Notes: generated by a model not told the origin, from the sequence alone. A stretch of DNA of 60,015 bases, filler included, from Basidioascus undulatus (GCA_000826855.1; 9 parts of 9 records of this genome joined end to end with filler, not necessarily neighbours in it), one strand, 5' to 3'; shown: positions 1 to 13,406, counted from the whole stretch's first letter. Numbers and translations are program-made.

Positions 1-85
1 AAGATGCAGAGAGAAGGCGAAGCCCTCGCTTTTAATACTAAATACTCAAAGCAGGGGGGGGAGGGGGCCGGACGATGGGACGCAC

Positions 86-836
86 AGACTACGAGGCGGT
101 CACGCTGCAGGCCCTTGGCGACGGCGTGGTCACGGGCGAGGGCGAGCGTCGACTTGATGCGGTTCGACGGGCGCTTTTGGGAGAAGACCATCTGGAGGAT
201 GGCCGAGTCGATGGGCTTGCCCGAGATCTGGCGACCCAGGTCGTTCAGGCGGCGGCGGGACGTCTTAAACTCGGCGGTGGAGTATTTGTGCTGTTCCCCA
301 TAAAACCCTGCGCTCAGATTCACCTTCCTCATATCTCAAAGGCATGGGAGATAGAGATGGGAGACGCACGTCCGTGTACGTCTTGGTGCGGTCCGGCCCA
401 CCGAGTCCCCCGGCCACGCCCTCCCGGCCCTTCTCCTTGTCGAGCTCCTGCGCGCGCTCTTCAAAGAGGGACGTCTGCCCCTCCTTCTGCGCGGCCACCT
501 GCTTGGCCCGCTCGGCGTCGGGGTCGGACACGGTCTGAGTCTGCGCCTCGAGGTTCTGCATGTTACTCCCCAGGACGTTCTTGAGCCACTTGCCGCCGGG
601 GAGCTGGAGTGACCTGGGTAGAGAGGGAGGATGCGTGAGACTCAGAGGACTAGTTGAACTAGTGGGGCTGGGGAAGTACCTAGAGGAGGAGGTGGAGAAG
701 GGGCGCGCGACGGCGGGCCGGACGGAGGAGGAAGAGCAGCGGGGGCCTGGAGGAAGACGTTGAGCTCAGGATGCCCGCGATATATTGATGAAGGGGGCGC
801 ACGCAGAGAAGCCAGAGTTCGTGATGCCGCCGACAT
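86..836 (-). CDS. MRPL22: Mitochondrial ribosomal protein uL22m; multi-exon, 3' part runs off the window start
   Basis: ATG at 836 starts a presequence-like MSAASRTLASL. The exon at about 86-292 reads HKYSTAEFKTSRRRLNDLGRQISGKPIDSAILQMVFSQKRPSNRIKSTLALARDHAVAKGLQRDRLVV, the L22 core, and is followed by a GTGCGT donor. Confidence 0.85.
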
Positions 837-1029
837 TGTGCTAGTCTATGAGGGCGCGGCGGGGGAAGGGAAAGAGAAAGGGCGAGCAGGAGGAGATGGA
901 CGTTGAGCGCGAAGAGCGAAGACGGCTCGCCTGTTCGGCTTCTCGCGCGACAGCCCTGAGCGCCGCTTGCCCAGCTGCATCCGTGTCGTCCTCCTCGCCT
1001 CGCCTCACCTGTACTCTGAGGCTCTCAGC
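837..1029. promoter_or_regulatory. Probable bidirectional promoter between MRPL22 and YOS1
   Basis: Only 193 bp separate the two divergent start codons. Promoter function is inferred from this geometry. Confidence 0.55.
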
Positions 1030-1441
1030 ATGCCGCTCACGCTCGGCAACATCTTCTACGTGACGCTGCTCTTCACAAATGCAATCGCAATCCTAAACGA
1101 GGAGCGCTTCCTTGCACGCAGTTCCGTCCTTCCCCAGCATCACTTTCACCCGCACTCGCCGGCTGACGTGGAGATGGAAATGCAGTCGGGTGGACAGCGC
1201 AGCACGCAGCGTATGGGAACCAGGCGGTCTATGGAGACCCGTATGCGCAGGAGGGGCCAGGCATCAAGGCGAGGTTGATCAACTTGATTGGCGCCGTGCG
1301 GACGTTGATGCGGAGTACGTGGCTTCGCGGCGATCTTTGGGAGGATGGAAACGTTGGTGTGCTGACTTGTTGAGAGATGGGACAGTACCACTCATCATCT
1401 TGAATACCTTCATCATCCTTTACGAGCTGCTGCTCGGCTGA
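1030..1441 (+). CDS. YOS1: Yos1/IER3IP1 ER-Golgi membrane protein; 3 exons (1030-1120, 1186-1314, 1386-1441)
   Basis: Spliced product MPLTLGNIFYVTLLFTNAIAILNEERFLARIGW...GIKARLINLIGAVRTLMRIPLIILNTFIILYELLLG* carries the Yos1 motifs NAIAIL.EERFL..IGW and VRTLMR.PLI. Both introns are GT..AG. Confidence 0.93.
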
Positions 1442-4400
1442 GCCGCGCCTGTGGGGAGGAGGTTGCTGTGCGGGACGGGGGAGGGGCCGACCTCTGGGTG
1501 GTTGGTAGCGCAGGAGCTGGGTCGGCGTTCGGATGGCGTACGAAAGGTGTGTTGCAGTGCTCTTGGTCCAGTATCCGCTTCTGGCTCACATCGCGGATGG
1601 CCGGCAATCCCAGCAGATCTGGACCCTTTCTCCCCTCTCCGCCCTGCGCCTCTTGCCCCGCTCTCCCAACCTCCCGCATCTATACCCACAATTTTCCATC
1701 CCCCAACTCGCATCTTCGTCTAACCCCGTACGACCTCCTGCCTTTACCCTCCTCGTCCGCGCCTCCGCCATCTCCACCCCGAACCGCCTCCGCCCACGCA
1801 CGCATGTTGTATGATACTTACGCCCCGCATTCAAATCGCATTCGCATGGGTTTCCCTGTGCCTCTTAAGCCACTGTACTCCTTCTCTTTAACATTCGGGC
1901 ATCCTTTGGCTATGCTTGAGTGGAGCGACAACACCCTGCTGAGCGCCGCGCAGCTGAGAGCGTCACAGCCGATCGATCTCGATGTCATCTTCGATTCCCA
2001 CTCACCCGTCATCTTTGGTCCTCGCACATCTCACCCCGCCGTAGCGCGAAAGCGCACTGACCGGCACCCTATCTACGCATTGCTTCGCCCGAGCGCCATG
2101 CCGTCCTCCTAACCCTCCACGTTCCCTCTCCGATCAATGGCCTCGCTTCACTGCCGTACTGACAAACACCAGGGCTAGACTTCCGCTTCCGTACCTCTTT
2201 TGCCCCTCTAACTCCATCCACATTGACTTTCCGCTCAAACTCATGCTCTGCGACAGCCTCCATCACCGTGTTTTGACGATCGTATGCTCCTTGTGGAAGG
2301 GGTCACGTCGACCGCGGCTTGGGGGTTCATATCCCTGGTCTGACAGACGGAACACCCATAGGATACAGTCACATGTGGGCGCAGAAAGGCGCGAGTCTGA
2401 GCTTGCACGGTCGCGCCGTTCGCGTCGATCAAGGGCGGGCGGCTGAAGAATCTCCGTTCGAACAGGCTTTTCCGCCCATGTATGCATTTTTGATCACCTT
2501 TACTGTACTTGCGTGCGCGAACGCTGCCTCGCCTCCCACCCGCGAGGGTATGCAGTCGCGTTGTTGCATGTTGTTGGACGCATGCGAGGTTCTTCACTAC
2601 GCCGTTGATGGCCATACAGAAGATGTGGCCCCGAGCCTCTTATCATGTCCTATAGCGTCTAGGATTTTCACAAATGGAAATACCTGAGTCCTCTGGCACA
2701 TTGATGCGGCACATTGTCGCGGTATTGTGGTCAATTGTGTTGCGCATATTGCCCTCAGTTTGCATTTACCTCTGCGGTCAAATATTGCAGCCGCACATTT
2801 CTTAATCATACAATTTTCTAGCTACATCAAGCCGTGAAGCCTTAAATGAACCGAAGAGGAGTAGCTATTGCCGTCAAGCCGTGTTCGGCGCTCACCAGAG
2901 CTTCCTACCGGCCCTGATCAACTTCCCGGTGCGTCTTCTCTCGCCCGCCCTTCCGACCTCCCTTTTCCTCAGACTTTACCCTCCCCAGGTCCAGCTTCCG
3001 CTGAACGCCTCAGAACGTGCTTCTACCGCACCTGACGACGGTGTGTCTACGCCCTCGGGGAGGTAGACCAGCGCTTTGTTCGCTTTCCCGTATCTGCTCG
3101 GCCATCTTAACACAGTAGATTGGTTGGGTTCGTTGTGGGAAAGACATCCCGTCTCGCTCTTTCTCCCTCTTTTTGGTGTTGCCGGGCGTCGGGGGCTAGG
3201 GGGAGAAGTATAAGTGGTGGGTTGGCGGCGGAGATAGGGACGAGATATACGAGTTGCGCATGGATGTGTTGCCCGAGTGTTTCCAGGTGTGCCGTTCGTG
3301 TCTCTTTCTCGCGCATGGTCTGGGGAGGTTGTTGTGGGTGAAGGAGGGGGAGAGGAATGGACACGCAGCAACGCCGGTTCCATAATCGTACTCGTCTTCA
3401 TCCCCACACGAGGAACGACTGATAAACCGGCGAGATTATCTCTCCGCGCTCTCCGATTCACCGCCGCCCCTTCTTTCTTTTGTAGGGTTGGGGATGACGG
3501 AGGGCGCGGGACATTCCCCCTTGTATGTCGGACGGAGTCTTCTTGCGGTATTCAATGGATCACTCGTTTGGCAGTGACGGTGAAGCGGATGTGGGTGGAA
3601 AGGGCAAGGGTGCGCTACGACCGGCAGGCATGTGTTTTCGCGTTCATTCAACAATTCCCGGTACTGGCACTGCTTTGCATACTGTACCTTGGAGAAGCAA
3701 GACTGGGCTCTGGCTCTGGACGTATACCGTGCTGCAGCTCATTGACGACGATGTGTGCGGTCGTGCTTTCGTGGAAAACGGACGTGGGCCGCAATAGCCA
3801 AGGTGGTACATAATGCAGTACTTGCCGCATCGGCCTCCCTCATCCTCCCGTGTGGCGAGGACAATAATTCTTGATAATATTCATTATTTCCACTATCTGG
3901 CACACCAGTTTTCTTTCGGCATTTCTGGTCGCTGGCAGGAAGCACGCACGCTTGCGAATGCTTGGCCTGGCAGTTGGCCTTGGCTCGCGATGGAAAGGGG
4001 ATGTTTCCTTAACTGCAATTAGATATTCAGAGAAAGGGTGAAGATGTTTTACGGGTCCTCGACCATTCTCGTGCCGTACCTCACCAATCGAAGTTTCATT
4101 GAGTATGATGGACAGCCGTTTTCAGCGAAACATCCCAGGCAGCCGATCCATTCAAAGGATGGGTTTGCATCGCCTGTGCTGGTAAAGAGCCTACAACTTC
4201 ACGTCCTTACACTTCTGAGGCCCTTCGTAATCTAGCTTTTCTTAGTCGCTATACGTTTCCTCTCTGCAGTCGACGCCTCTAGCCTCCATGGAGACGCCCA
4301 CTGCAACCACCGTCCTCTTGCACTACTGCGGGTTGCAGCTACGTTGTCACTGTTGCTCCTCTTCAATCCTCAATACTTCAAGCTTGAATCAGTATTTATA

Positions 4401-4591
4401 AGGCCCTGTAAGGCTGGAACACTGCAAAGCCCGAGGTTCCGCCTCACACTGTGGAGGCGACGGTCGATTGGCCGACTAACTCTTGCAGCCCACGTCGGTT
4501 GCATGCAAAACATGGACACACGGAAACACCATTCAAGCCAAATTACGCATCATCAAAGAGGAAATCTACGTCAGCACCGTACAAAGCGAGA

Positions 4592-5362
4592 TCAGCTGAG
4601 GCGAATGTCCGCTTGCAATGCTCTCCGCCAGTCCGCCCGAGCACGAGTGACGGCCGGCTTCTCAAGGGGAACAGGGATGGGAACAGAGAGGAGACAACCG
4701 CACTCAGAATCAGTCCGAAAGACCAGCAGTCCCATTCCCCGCAATCCCTGAGCTCGATCTGTCGTTCCTTCGATTCCGGTGAGTCGTTGCTTCAGACGCG
4801 ACGAGGATACCGCCAAGTGCTCACAGCTTAAGCGCGCTTCTCTAGATCCAGAACAACATTATCTCCGTGTTTGACATGTAGGACATCCAAGAAAGGCTCG
4901 AGGGGAAGCATATCGTATTTGACCAGCTCAACAGCGGTTCGAGGGTGACCGCGTGGACCGTAATGGCCAGCGTAAGGCGCGAATAATTCTCCGGACCGAC
5001 AGCAAGACCCAGAGTCGAGAAAACCGCACGAATTAGCGCCGTGTCATTCTCGACTTGCCACGCCTTGAGCGCGTCCGTGAGCGGACGAAGAGGAGAGGAG
5101 CGGAAGGCAGAGGTCGGAATGCAAGCGTTCTTGTGCGACGACCAGCTCTGGCGCTGACATTCCTTGGAGCAGTAGAAAACTAGATAGTATGCAAATATAT
5201 CTCTGCATTGAAGGAACCTCGCACAGGGTAACAAGGCTCACCCTCCCTGCAGCCACCGCACAACATGTGCTTTGGGCCGTCTGGCCGTGCCTGCGCCCCG
5301 CAGTGGTGGCAGATGCCCGTGGCGCAAGTCGAAGTGACGCAGCGCTTGCTGATGGAAGACAT
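4592..5362 (-). CDS. MYND-type zinc-finger protein; 3' end uncertain
   Basis: Removing intron 5180-5241 (GTGAGC..TAG) gives ICHHCGAQARPDGPKHMLCGGCRE-VFYCSKECQRQSWSSHKNAC, the zf-MYND consensus. The first stop is at 4842; ORF 4592-4816 may be a further exon or a frameshifted tail. Confidence 0.75.
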
Positions 5363-6109
5363 GGTGGCAGTTTGAGATATTGGGGCCCACAACCAGCTTG
5401 TGAGGGACGTTGACTGTGCGAGGGTGATCATGGTTCAAGGCACGGCGCGATGGCCGCGGCGGCAGAACGAGCAGCGCCGACTTTCCGTCGATCCGCAACC
5501 CTACCCTCGGACGAGACGATAACCGGCTCCAATCCTTATATAAACGCACATGTGAAAAATGCAAGAGGTTATGTCACTGCGTTGTACTGTCGGTCAGAAT
5601 CAGTCAGAAGCGTCCTGGACGTCGACGGCTGTTTCATTACCGCCATGCTGCAAGGAGCCGGTACATGGCGAAGTAGCATCTTGTGCACACTGAGTATAAG
5701 CTGGTATTTTAGTCTGCATGAGTTAACAAAGACCACCACCCAAGAAGATAGTGGACGGAAAGGGATACTGTGGCCAGCGACCCACACGAGTGTACGCTAC
5801 TTTGTCTCCCTTGGTGTTGGACTCCTACTTTTACGGAGCTTAGGGTTCCCTGTAAAGTTTATCCCCCCAAAATATAGCATCGATGAATAACTCCAGCTTT
5901 CTGCAATCTTGTAGCAAACGGGTCTCGTCAGCGAACCGCAGCGGTAGCGCGAAACCCGCCAATTCAGTCGCTCTCTTCAGCATAGAAGACACAAGGGTGT
6001 CAGATTCATATAATGAGAAGTTGCATGCAATTCCAAAGTACAGAGTATGGGCTAAGCACAGGCAATGAGAGAATGAGATCCGCAAGTGGGTGCACGGCGT
6101 GGACGTGCT

Positions 6110-6604
6110 TCACCACTTGCCCTTCTTCTTCTCTGCGAACTTGGCTCCGCCAAACTGCTGCTTCTTGATGTCCGCAAGTTTGGCCTTCTTGGAATCCTTC
6201 TTCCCCTCCTTCTTGGCGGCCTTCTTCTTCTTGCCGAATGACTTGTGCTGGGCCTTCTTCTTTTCGACGTCAGCCTTGACTTTCTCCTTCTTCTTGTCGT
6301 ACTTGCCCGCCGCCTTCTTGCCCTCGTCCTTGAACGCCTTCTCTTGCTTGGACTGTGGAAGAGCAGTATGTAAGACTCACTTCTTGAGTGGTCAGAGAGG
6401 GAAACGGGACGGACCTTGTGGTGCTTCTTCTTTTCTTTCTCGAAGCCTTTCTTGCCCTCAGCCTGCAGTTGGACTGTTAGTTCTCCAAGGCATGTTTAGA
6501 ATGTCGTCTAGGAGACAACTCACCTCCTCAACCTCGCCAAACCCCAGCTTCTTACCGCCCTTGCCGAAGCCCTTGCCCTTGCCGAAGCCCCCACCGAAGC
6601 CCCC
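6110..6604 (-). CDS. 3' end of a Lys/Gly/Phe-rich low-complexity protein; 5' lost at the contig end
   Basis: Exons read GFGGGFGKGKGFGKGGKKLGFGEVE, AEGKKGFEKEKKKHHK and KQEKAFKDEGKKAAGKYDKKKEKVK...FAEKKKGKW*. Strong AAG codon bias and GT-AG introns. Confidence 0.65.
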
Positions 6605-6704
6605 NNNNNNNNNNNNNNNNNNNNNNNNNNNNNNNNNNNNNNNNNNNNTTAATTAATTAANNNNNNNNNNNNNNNNNNNNNNNNNNNNNNNNNNNNNNNN
6701 NNNN
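6605..6704. other. Artificial contig linker N44-TTAATTAATTAA-N44
   Basis: 100-bp spacer with a six-frame stop core, repeated eight times in the window. Confidence 0.98.
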
Positions 6705-8110
6705 CCTCGCCGACAAGCGCTCACCCGGCCAGTCCCATCGCACCAAACGCGACCACTCCCCCCGCCACCACCGCCGCCGCTCGTCAACGGCGGAGGGTGG
6801 TGGACGGAGGAGGCCGGCGACTCCTCGCGCCTGGACCCGGGACCCTGGATGACGGGCGGGGCGCGGAGGGGGGACGGCGAGCGGGAGGGGGAGAGGTTCT
6901 CCTTTGCGGATCCCGGGCCGGGGCGCGTCGGCGTGGGGAGCATGAGGTGCGCCGCGGCGGAGGCGACGCTCGAGGACGCGCTCGCGCTGCTGTAGTCTGA
7001 GCGGTTGGAGCTTGCCGAGCTGGGGCACTCGAGCTGCGCGTCGACGGGCTCGGCCTTGACGGGGCTGACGAACTCGGAGGACGAGGACGAGGCGGCCACA
7101 TCCGAGGGCGAGAACAGGTCGTCGTCGTCCCAGTCCAGGACGTCCTTCGCTTGTCCTTGCTCTTGCTCTGCCTCTCGCCCGTCCGCCTTCTTCTTCAACG
7201 TCGAAGGCTTCTCCTCCTCGCCCTCGACTTTCGGGAGCGCGAACGTCGTCCGGCTGGGCGTGAGCAGCTCGTGCAGCTCGCGCTCCAGCTCCTCGTCCGC
7301 AAATGGTCGGTCTGGGTTGAACTCGTCCTCATCCGCGACGCTGGGGAGCATGAGGTGGTCCGAGTGCGCGGGAGACGTCTGCGTCGGGGAGGGGATCGGG
7401 TGGTGCATGACCGTCGCGGACGGTGGGGCAGAGTACGAGTGCTGCAGCGGCGGCGGGTGGTGCCCGGCTCGGTGCGGGTGGTGCGCGTGCGAGTGTTGAG
7501 GGGCGTAGAAGGACTGGTGGTGCGAGTCGGGGAGGGAGAGGTACAGGCTGCCTGAGCGCGCGCGCGCATGCCGCGCGGGAAGCGTCCCGGACATGAACGC
7601 GTCCATGAGCGGCTGGGGCTGGGGCGGTGGCGGAGGGGGCGCATAAACGGCCTGCCGGGGCGGGGGCGCGTAGTGGTGCGGGATGTGGTAATGGTAGTAG
7701 TGCACCGGCGGCGGCGGCGGCGGCGGCTGATGGTGATGATGGACATGCTGCTGCTGCTGCTGCTCAAACTCGGAGAATGACGCTGACTCCCTCGCCTTGC
7801 GCTCGCTGCGCTTCTTCTCCGCCTGCCGCTCAGCGACCTCCGCGAGGCTCAGCCGCGCGCGGGGCTGCTCGGGCGAGGGTGCGGGCGGCGGCAGAGGGGC
7901 TGGCGCGGGGGGAGCAGGCTCAGGCTCATGCTGGCCCGAGGACGAGTACGCAGCCATCATCTGGCGGAGGGTCGCGTCGATCTGGGACTCGGTCACGCCG
8001 CGGTCGATGAGCTGCGCGCGGAGGGACGCGAGCGCGTCGGGATCGGTGTGGGACGAGCTGGGGACGAGCGGGCGTGGGGTCGTCGTGCGCAAGGGGGTCG
8101 GGGAGGACAT
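6705..8110 (-). CDS. Hypothetical disordered Pro/His/Gln/Ser-rich protein; 3' truncated
   Basis: About 1.4 kb of uninterrupted ORF with high GC3, likely start MSSPTPLRTT at 8110, with poly-Q/H/P tracts. No domain recognised. Confidence 0.7.
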
Positions 8111-9780
8111 CGTACGGCTGTGGGGGGCATGTGGGTGAGCTGGATTGGAAAATTTGGAGAGGAGGAAGAGAGACGGACGTGGAATGGGAGCTTGGGAAGG
8201 TCTGGGAAGATATGAAGCGCGGAGGACGACGGACGCGTCGGGGACCTGCAACGGCGATGGAACAATGCTGTCAATATCCAAATCCACCCGGAAAGCGTTC
8301 AACACGTCGTGCAGCCCATGCGCAGCGCGATGTCGCCGTCCCACAATCCTCCTGCAACAGCTTAGGGGAAGACACCCGACTCACCAAAGCTTGCACGCGC
8401 GTATCAAGGCGTTTCGTGTGCACGAACAGGTTGCAGCAAGCGTAAAGGTAGTCCTGCCCATCGAATCCAGCAACATGAGCATCCAAGTCCTCCCGGTCGC
8501 CATCCCGTGCCTTCGCTGACGATGCACTCACCTCGCGGATCCTCACAGGCGTCGTCTCAACGAAACAAAGCGACTACGCTCGAAGTATTCAAACCAACAC
8601 AAGTGTTTGTATGTACGGTGTGGAAGAGAAACAAAAGAAGGGAGGGAAGGAGGGAGGGAAGAAGCAAACACGTGTGGGTGGAGTGCGCGGACGCAGAAGG
8701 TCGTTCGCTGTTGCACGCTCAAGGGAGGGCTAGGGGCGACGGACAGGACGCGCGGAAGGAAAGGTGCGCGGGTGAAGAACGCCCAACAGGCACGGGGGCG
8801 GTGTGTGTGTCCGCTGAACGGGGTAGCGGGTAAAGAGCGCTGCCCCTGGGTGCGTGAGGCGGAAGGGGAGCGGAGCGCGCTCGACCCAGTCCGAAGCGAA
8901 GCGGGTGTGGTGCAGGGGTTGAAGGGGAAACGCGCGGCTAGTCGACTAGTCGCTCGTCTGGTCAGTCGGTCCGGCGACGACGGTGGCGGGGGGAGGGCGG
9001 CACTGGGGAGGATGGATGCGCGGATGGCGAGGACGAGGGTGAGAACGGGGAGGACGAGGAAGAGCGAACAAAGGAAGGACGCGACGGTGCGAAAGTGTGC
9101 GCAAAGTGCTCCACCCGATCGACGCCAATTCAGAGCCTAAAAGCAACAAAAACTGTGCGCACCGCGTCACACTGCCAAACCAAACGCGTGACGTCTTGTG
9201 GCGCGATTTCTTTCTTTTCCCTTTCATGAGCGAGCAGCCTCGCTTCCGTCCACTCCCTTTGTGCGGTTTACACATATGGTTGAACTTGTACGGTTTGCAG
9301 CATCAGAAGTGCACTGCTTCGGCGGGGTAATGGGAACAACACAACACCCTGGGCTTGATCCCCAGATGCGACTGTGATAACACACTGCGAAGAAGCACAG
9401 GCATGGGCCCGCTTATACGCGGCGTGTTACACGATACAGCATAGCGAAGGTAGTCGAGCCCGCGGGACCTACACAGTGTATATGTATACATGGTGCTTCC
9501 ACACACCGCTCAATCTCGAGGCTAATCACTGGTCTAACAGAACATCTCTTCCGAAGGCAGCATCGTGGTCCTCACGCACGGCATGACCTTTGGACTCTGG
9601 CTGCATTTTTATCCCTGATTTTGGATTTGAACTGTAGAGCCACAAGACATGGGGCTGCCTTGTCAATGTCCAGCAAGGCAAGGCAAGCACATCTCACTGC
9701 AGCCTCAAGCGAGTACTCCTGCTGAGTGCTCGATGATATACTATAACGTACAGAGCTGCTGTGGGACAAGGTCCATCACA

Positions 9781-9804
9781 TAAATAAATAAATAAATAAA
9801 TAAA
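9781..9804 (+). repeat. (TAAA)6 microsatellite
   Basis: taaataaataaataaataaataaa read directly from the sequence. Confidence 0.9.
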
Positions 9805-11104
9805 ACACCTTAGAAAATTATTCATTGGTTGAAGTAGGTTGTTGGGCGATGCGCTCACGACCCGGCGCAGACTCAGGACGGCAGGCGGTCCACACTTTGC
9901 GCCAATGACCTGCATGTCCACAATGTGAGCGGCTATTGCATATTGATCCAGCTATACCCTCAAAGAAAGTCTACCAATTTGTTCTATATTTGGAGGCCTT
10001 TTATTTACTGGTTTTCTTCTATTCAAATATGCTGTGGGCATAAGGCCATGATCTGATGAGATTCCCTAGGCAAGTGCGCTTGCAGAACGTGCTGCTGATA
10101 TCCAAACCCAACGCACCATGTGATCACAGTGTTCTTTCGAGATACCCTTTCTACCCTCTCAGAGAAAAGATTCAGAACGTAGGTCAGATACGTCGAGGAA
10201 TGGTAAGTGCCGGCTCCGTGCCCGCGCGAGCCCGTGTCAACGAAGCTGAATGCTGTTCCCATTCAATTGGCCAAAATAGTGAGTCATTTGCCAGAAGATA
10301 GACTTTGAAACTATTTATCCCACTTGGTAATGAACAAGAGACTGTCGTGCTGCTGTGCATTTCTCGTTCCAACGGGCTTTGAGGGTGTCCAGTTCAAGAC
10401 ATCAAACCCACGACGTGTCCCACTTCGTCGCTGAGCATCCGTTTGAAAGCCAAAATGTACATAAATAAGAGCTATGGAGCATTCGAACACTTCAAGTTTG
10501 TCCAAGGACGGTCCTTTGTACACCAGAAGCTTTCCAACCCTTTAAATGGCGGCTGTTCTGATGGAGCTGCCCATCTTCCCACAACTTTGACAACTTGGTC
10601 ATCAGAAACTTTCAGAGCTTCCCCCAATTTTACGATACAAGTGGGTTTTACTTTTCTTCTACAGCACTTCCACCGCCAGGATCACTGAAGTAACCTTTAC
10701 ATGCCGTCAGCATGTCCAACGGGTTCCCGGAGTGGTACGTTTACGAGAAGACCACCAGTGGCTCTGAATAAACCGCCCAGTGAGTTTTTTATACCTTTGA
10801 GTGTTAACTACTTGAAGAGGCAATGATCTCCTTACACAACTTGACAGAGCAAACCACACATCCGCGTACGACAAGCTGTCCACAGTCTTTGACAAAACCG
10901 CGTAGTGAGTTAATGTTTTTGTGTTTTTTCAATGGAGATATGCACCTAACTTGTTGAGCAGCTATTTGGAGGGAAGAGTGAAAGGCAAGGCGTTGCCAGT
11001 GTGAACGCTGCGCGACGGACCAACAAACTGGCTCGCAACGTGCGCGAAGCTGCTCACCATTAAGCTTTGACAATGCGAGTAACGTCCTGCCTTTACCTTA
11101 TCAA

Positions 11105-11642
11105 TCAAGAATTATTACCGGCTTAAAAAACTTATGAAGCTGGCGAAATCTCCAAAGCCGAATATGACGCCGCGGACCAGTATCGGCTGGCTACGTGGCG
11201 TGCCATCGAGGTAGCCGAGGGGAGCGGATACTTGGCGCAACAAGAAGCGATTGCCGCCCGCAACTTTCACATCAGCCTTCAAGGGAACAACAGTCTCTAT
11301 AGCCTTCAGCAGCAAAGCCAGACCACTACGTCGCCCTTCGCTGGAGCGTCCAATTTCGCTGGCCAATCGAGCGCCGCGCCGACCGCATCCTACTCTTCCC
11401 CGAGCACCTCCTCCGCTCCAAGTACGTCTTACTCGACTGGTGGCACATCGTACGGGACCCAACACACGTCCTACCCAAATGAAAACGCGTACTATTCGGC
11501 CAACACTACGTCCCAACCTGCCGAGAGCGTGCTGTACCAAGGGGTCGACCATGCAGTGGGCGAGGACTATACCGCTGCTCATCAACGATACTTCGAGGCC
11601 GAATCTCGCCGCCGAAACCGCAAAGGCTGGAGTTGTCAGTGA
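11105..11642 (+). pseudogene. Ser/Thr-rich ORF with a frameshifted SHOCT-like N-terminal motif
   Basis: Open frame YEAGEISKAEYDAADQYRLATWRAIEV...QRYFEAESRRRNRKGWSCQ* has no in-frame ATG. IKNYYRLKKL lies just upstream, one base out of frame. Confidence 0.35.
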
Positions 11643-13306
11643 GGCAGTGTGAGTGAGCATTTCCCTGCCTTCTGCCGCTCACAGCTGACTGAACATAGCC
11701 ATGAGCGCTGCCTCTGGTCGCACACGTCGGCATTGTCGCACACAAGACCACCCGGTTTACTATCTCGAAATTTACCCGCACACATCGGTTCATGAAATGA
11801 TACATGGGCTTTTCTTTAAGGCGTTGAGTTTAGACCAACGCTTATGAACCCTGGCCTCTGCCGGTTCAGGACAATTCTCTGCGTGCCCGTGAGCCGTGGC
11901 TGCGTCCTCCTTTGCATCGCGATCCCTCACAACAGGGCACTTACAGAGGCATCCAACTCGCTCTCACTCCACAGAAATACACCAAACCTGATTAGCTACA
12001 GCGGTCTACCAATTACACACTCTCCAAACCCCGCCGTCGCCGCTATGCTGTCCCTTCAACATTCCCATCCAGCGTGCACCTTTGAATCCCTGTGGTGGGT
12101 CTTGATCCGTCCTCCATCTTTGCGAAGACTGAACAAGTGAAACCCCAGTAAACACACCACTTAACTTGAGCTGAACTGTTTCGAACGACAATGTGCGTAC
12201 CCAACATTCACTGCAAGGCACGATCAGCAGCTAACGTCCAGTGGGGATTTATTGGTCGCCTCCTGTCCCAAGTCTAACACAATGCTTGGGGAAGGCCTGT
12301 TGCTTTGATATACAATGAGTGAATACACGCCAGAACAGCTTCTGTTCTCGAACACTGAGATGCTGGGACTCCGAAACCGTTGCGGTTAACTCTGCGTTCT
12401 CTGCGAGAAGGAAAGGGCAAAGTAAAACGGCTCTGGTTGGTTTCCTCTCATGTACTGGCACATGCAGCGATAGAATAGGAAGAGCCCGATACCACCCTAC
12501 TGGTACTCGTTACAATGTGCACCGCTTTCCTCCACCGGCGAGAATCGACAGGAAACAACTCATTAATGTTTCTACTTTGTACGTCTTAGTACGGCTAATC
12601 TCTGGCGGGTCATTCCGTTGTAAAGCACATACAGACATCAGTCCTCAAGACGGTACACTGAGCACCTCGCGCAAGCCAAAGCTCGGCTCGACAGCGTCAG
12701 ACCAGCATATGCGAGCGGTCTAATAAGATTTCCCATGCAATATCTGCTGGGTATCCCTCTCTTGCAGACGCGAACTGGGCCTGGCAAGTCCGAAAGGCGC
12801 TTAGAAGGCTGCAGGGCTGAGCTTCAAGTGTTCATTATACTTACGAGATTCAAACGTCCCAAGGCGTGTCATAGCACAAAATACTGTGATTTTCACAAGG
12901 TGGCGAGCGATAGCCCTGCCATTATCTTCCCCTGCTGGCAGCCCTTCATTCAGACGCTCTTCAGCAGCTGTGCCACGCCAAATTTAACACTTCAAAAACG
13001 ACGTTCGATCTTGAAGCCACACATATTCATGGCAGAGCCCCAGCACAGTCAACGTCACACAAACGTAAGTGGTCAGTGCAGCGAAGCTAATGACCAACCT
13101 TGCTGTAACGAGTGTTTCCGGTCTCGCTTGCAAGGCTCCCATTTCGCTCGCGTACATGCTTTGCCTGGCACAAGATGCTCTTACTGAGGTTTCATGAAGG
13201 GAACGTACCGCAATGGGTGCAACCCGTGTCCGCACGCCAATCAAACCAAGATCGTCGAGATCATGCTTTGCTCCATCAATATCAGATCTACACACGCCCA
13301 CGCCGC

Positions 13307-13406
13307 NNNNNNNNNNNNNNNNNNNNNNNNNNNNNNNNNNNNNNNNNNNNTTAATTAATTAANNNNNNNNNNNNNNNNNNNNNNNNNNNNNNNNNNNNNN
13401 NNNNNN
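13307..13406. other. Artificial contig linker
   Basis: N44-TTAATTAATTAA-N44. Confidence 0.98.

Noticed and set aside
75..584. Long antisense ORFs such as 75-584 (+), 6090-6656 (+), 45784-46659 (-) and 57654-58403 (+)
   Set aside because: These are shadow frames of GC3-rich genes on the opposite strand.
2695..2740. Repeated GGCACATTG/ATTGT motifs
   Set aside because: Only two exact copies and no associated gene or matching terminus; compatible with chance.
8111..8344. N-terminal extension of the 563-aa ORF to 8344
   Set aside because: It uses a non-ATG start. Donor-, branch- and acceptor-like signals suggest this is 5' UTR and intron.
9300..11100. Low-GC stretch as a possible transposon
   Set aside because: I see no transposase, reverse transcriptase or integrase motifs, terminal repeats or target-site duplication. 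A repeat-library search would be needed.
11123..11137. AAAAAAC as a programmed -1 frameshift site
   Set aside because: Slippage at that heptamer does not lead into the long downstream frame.
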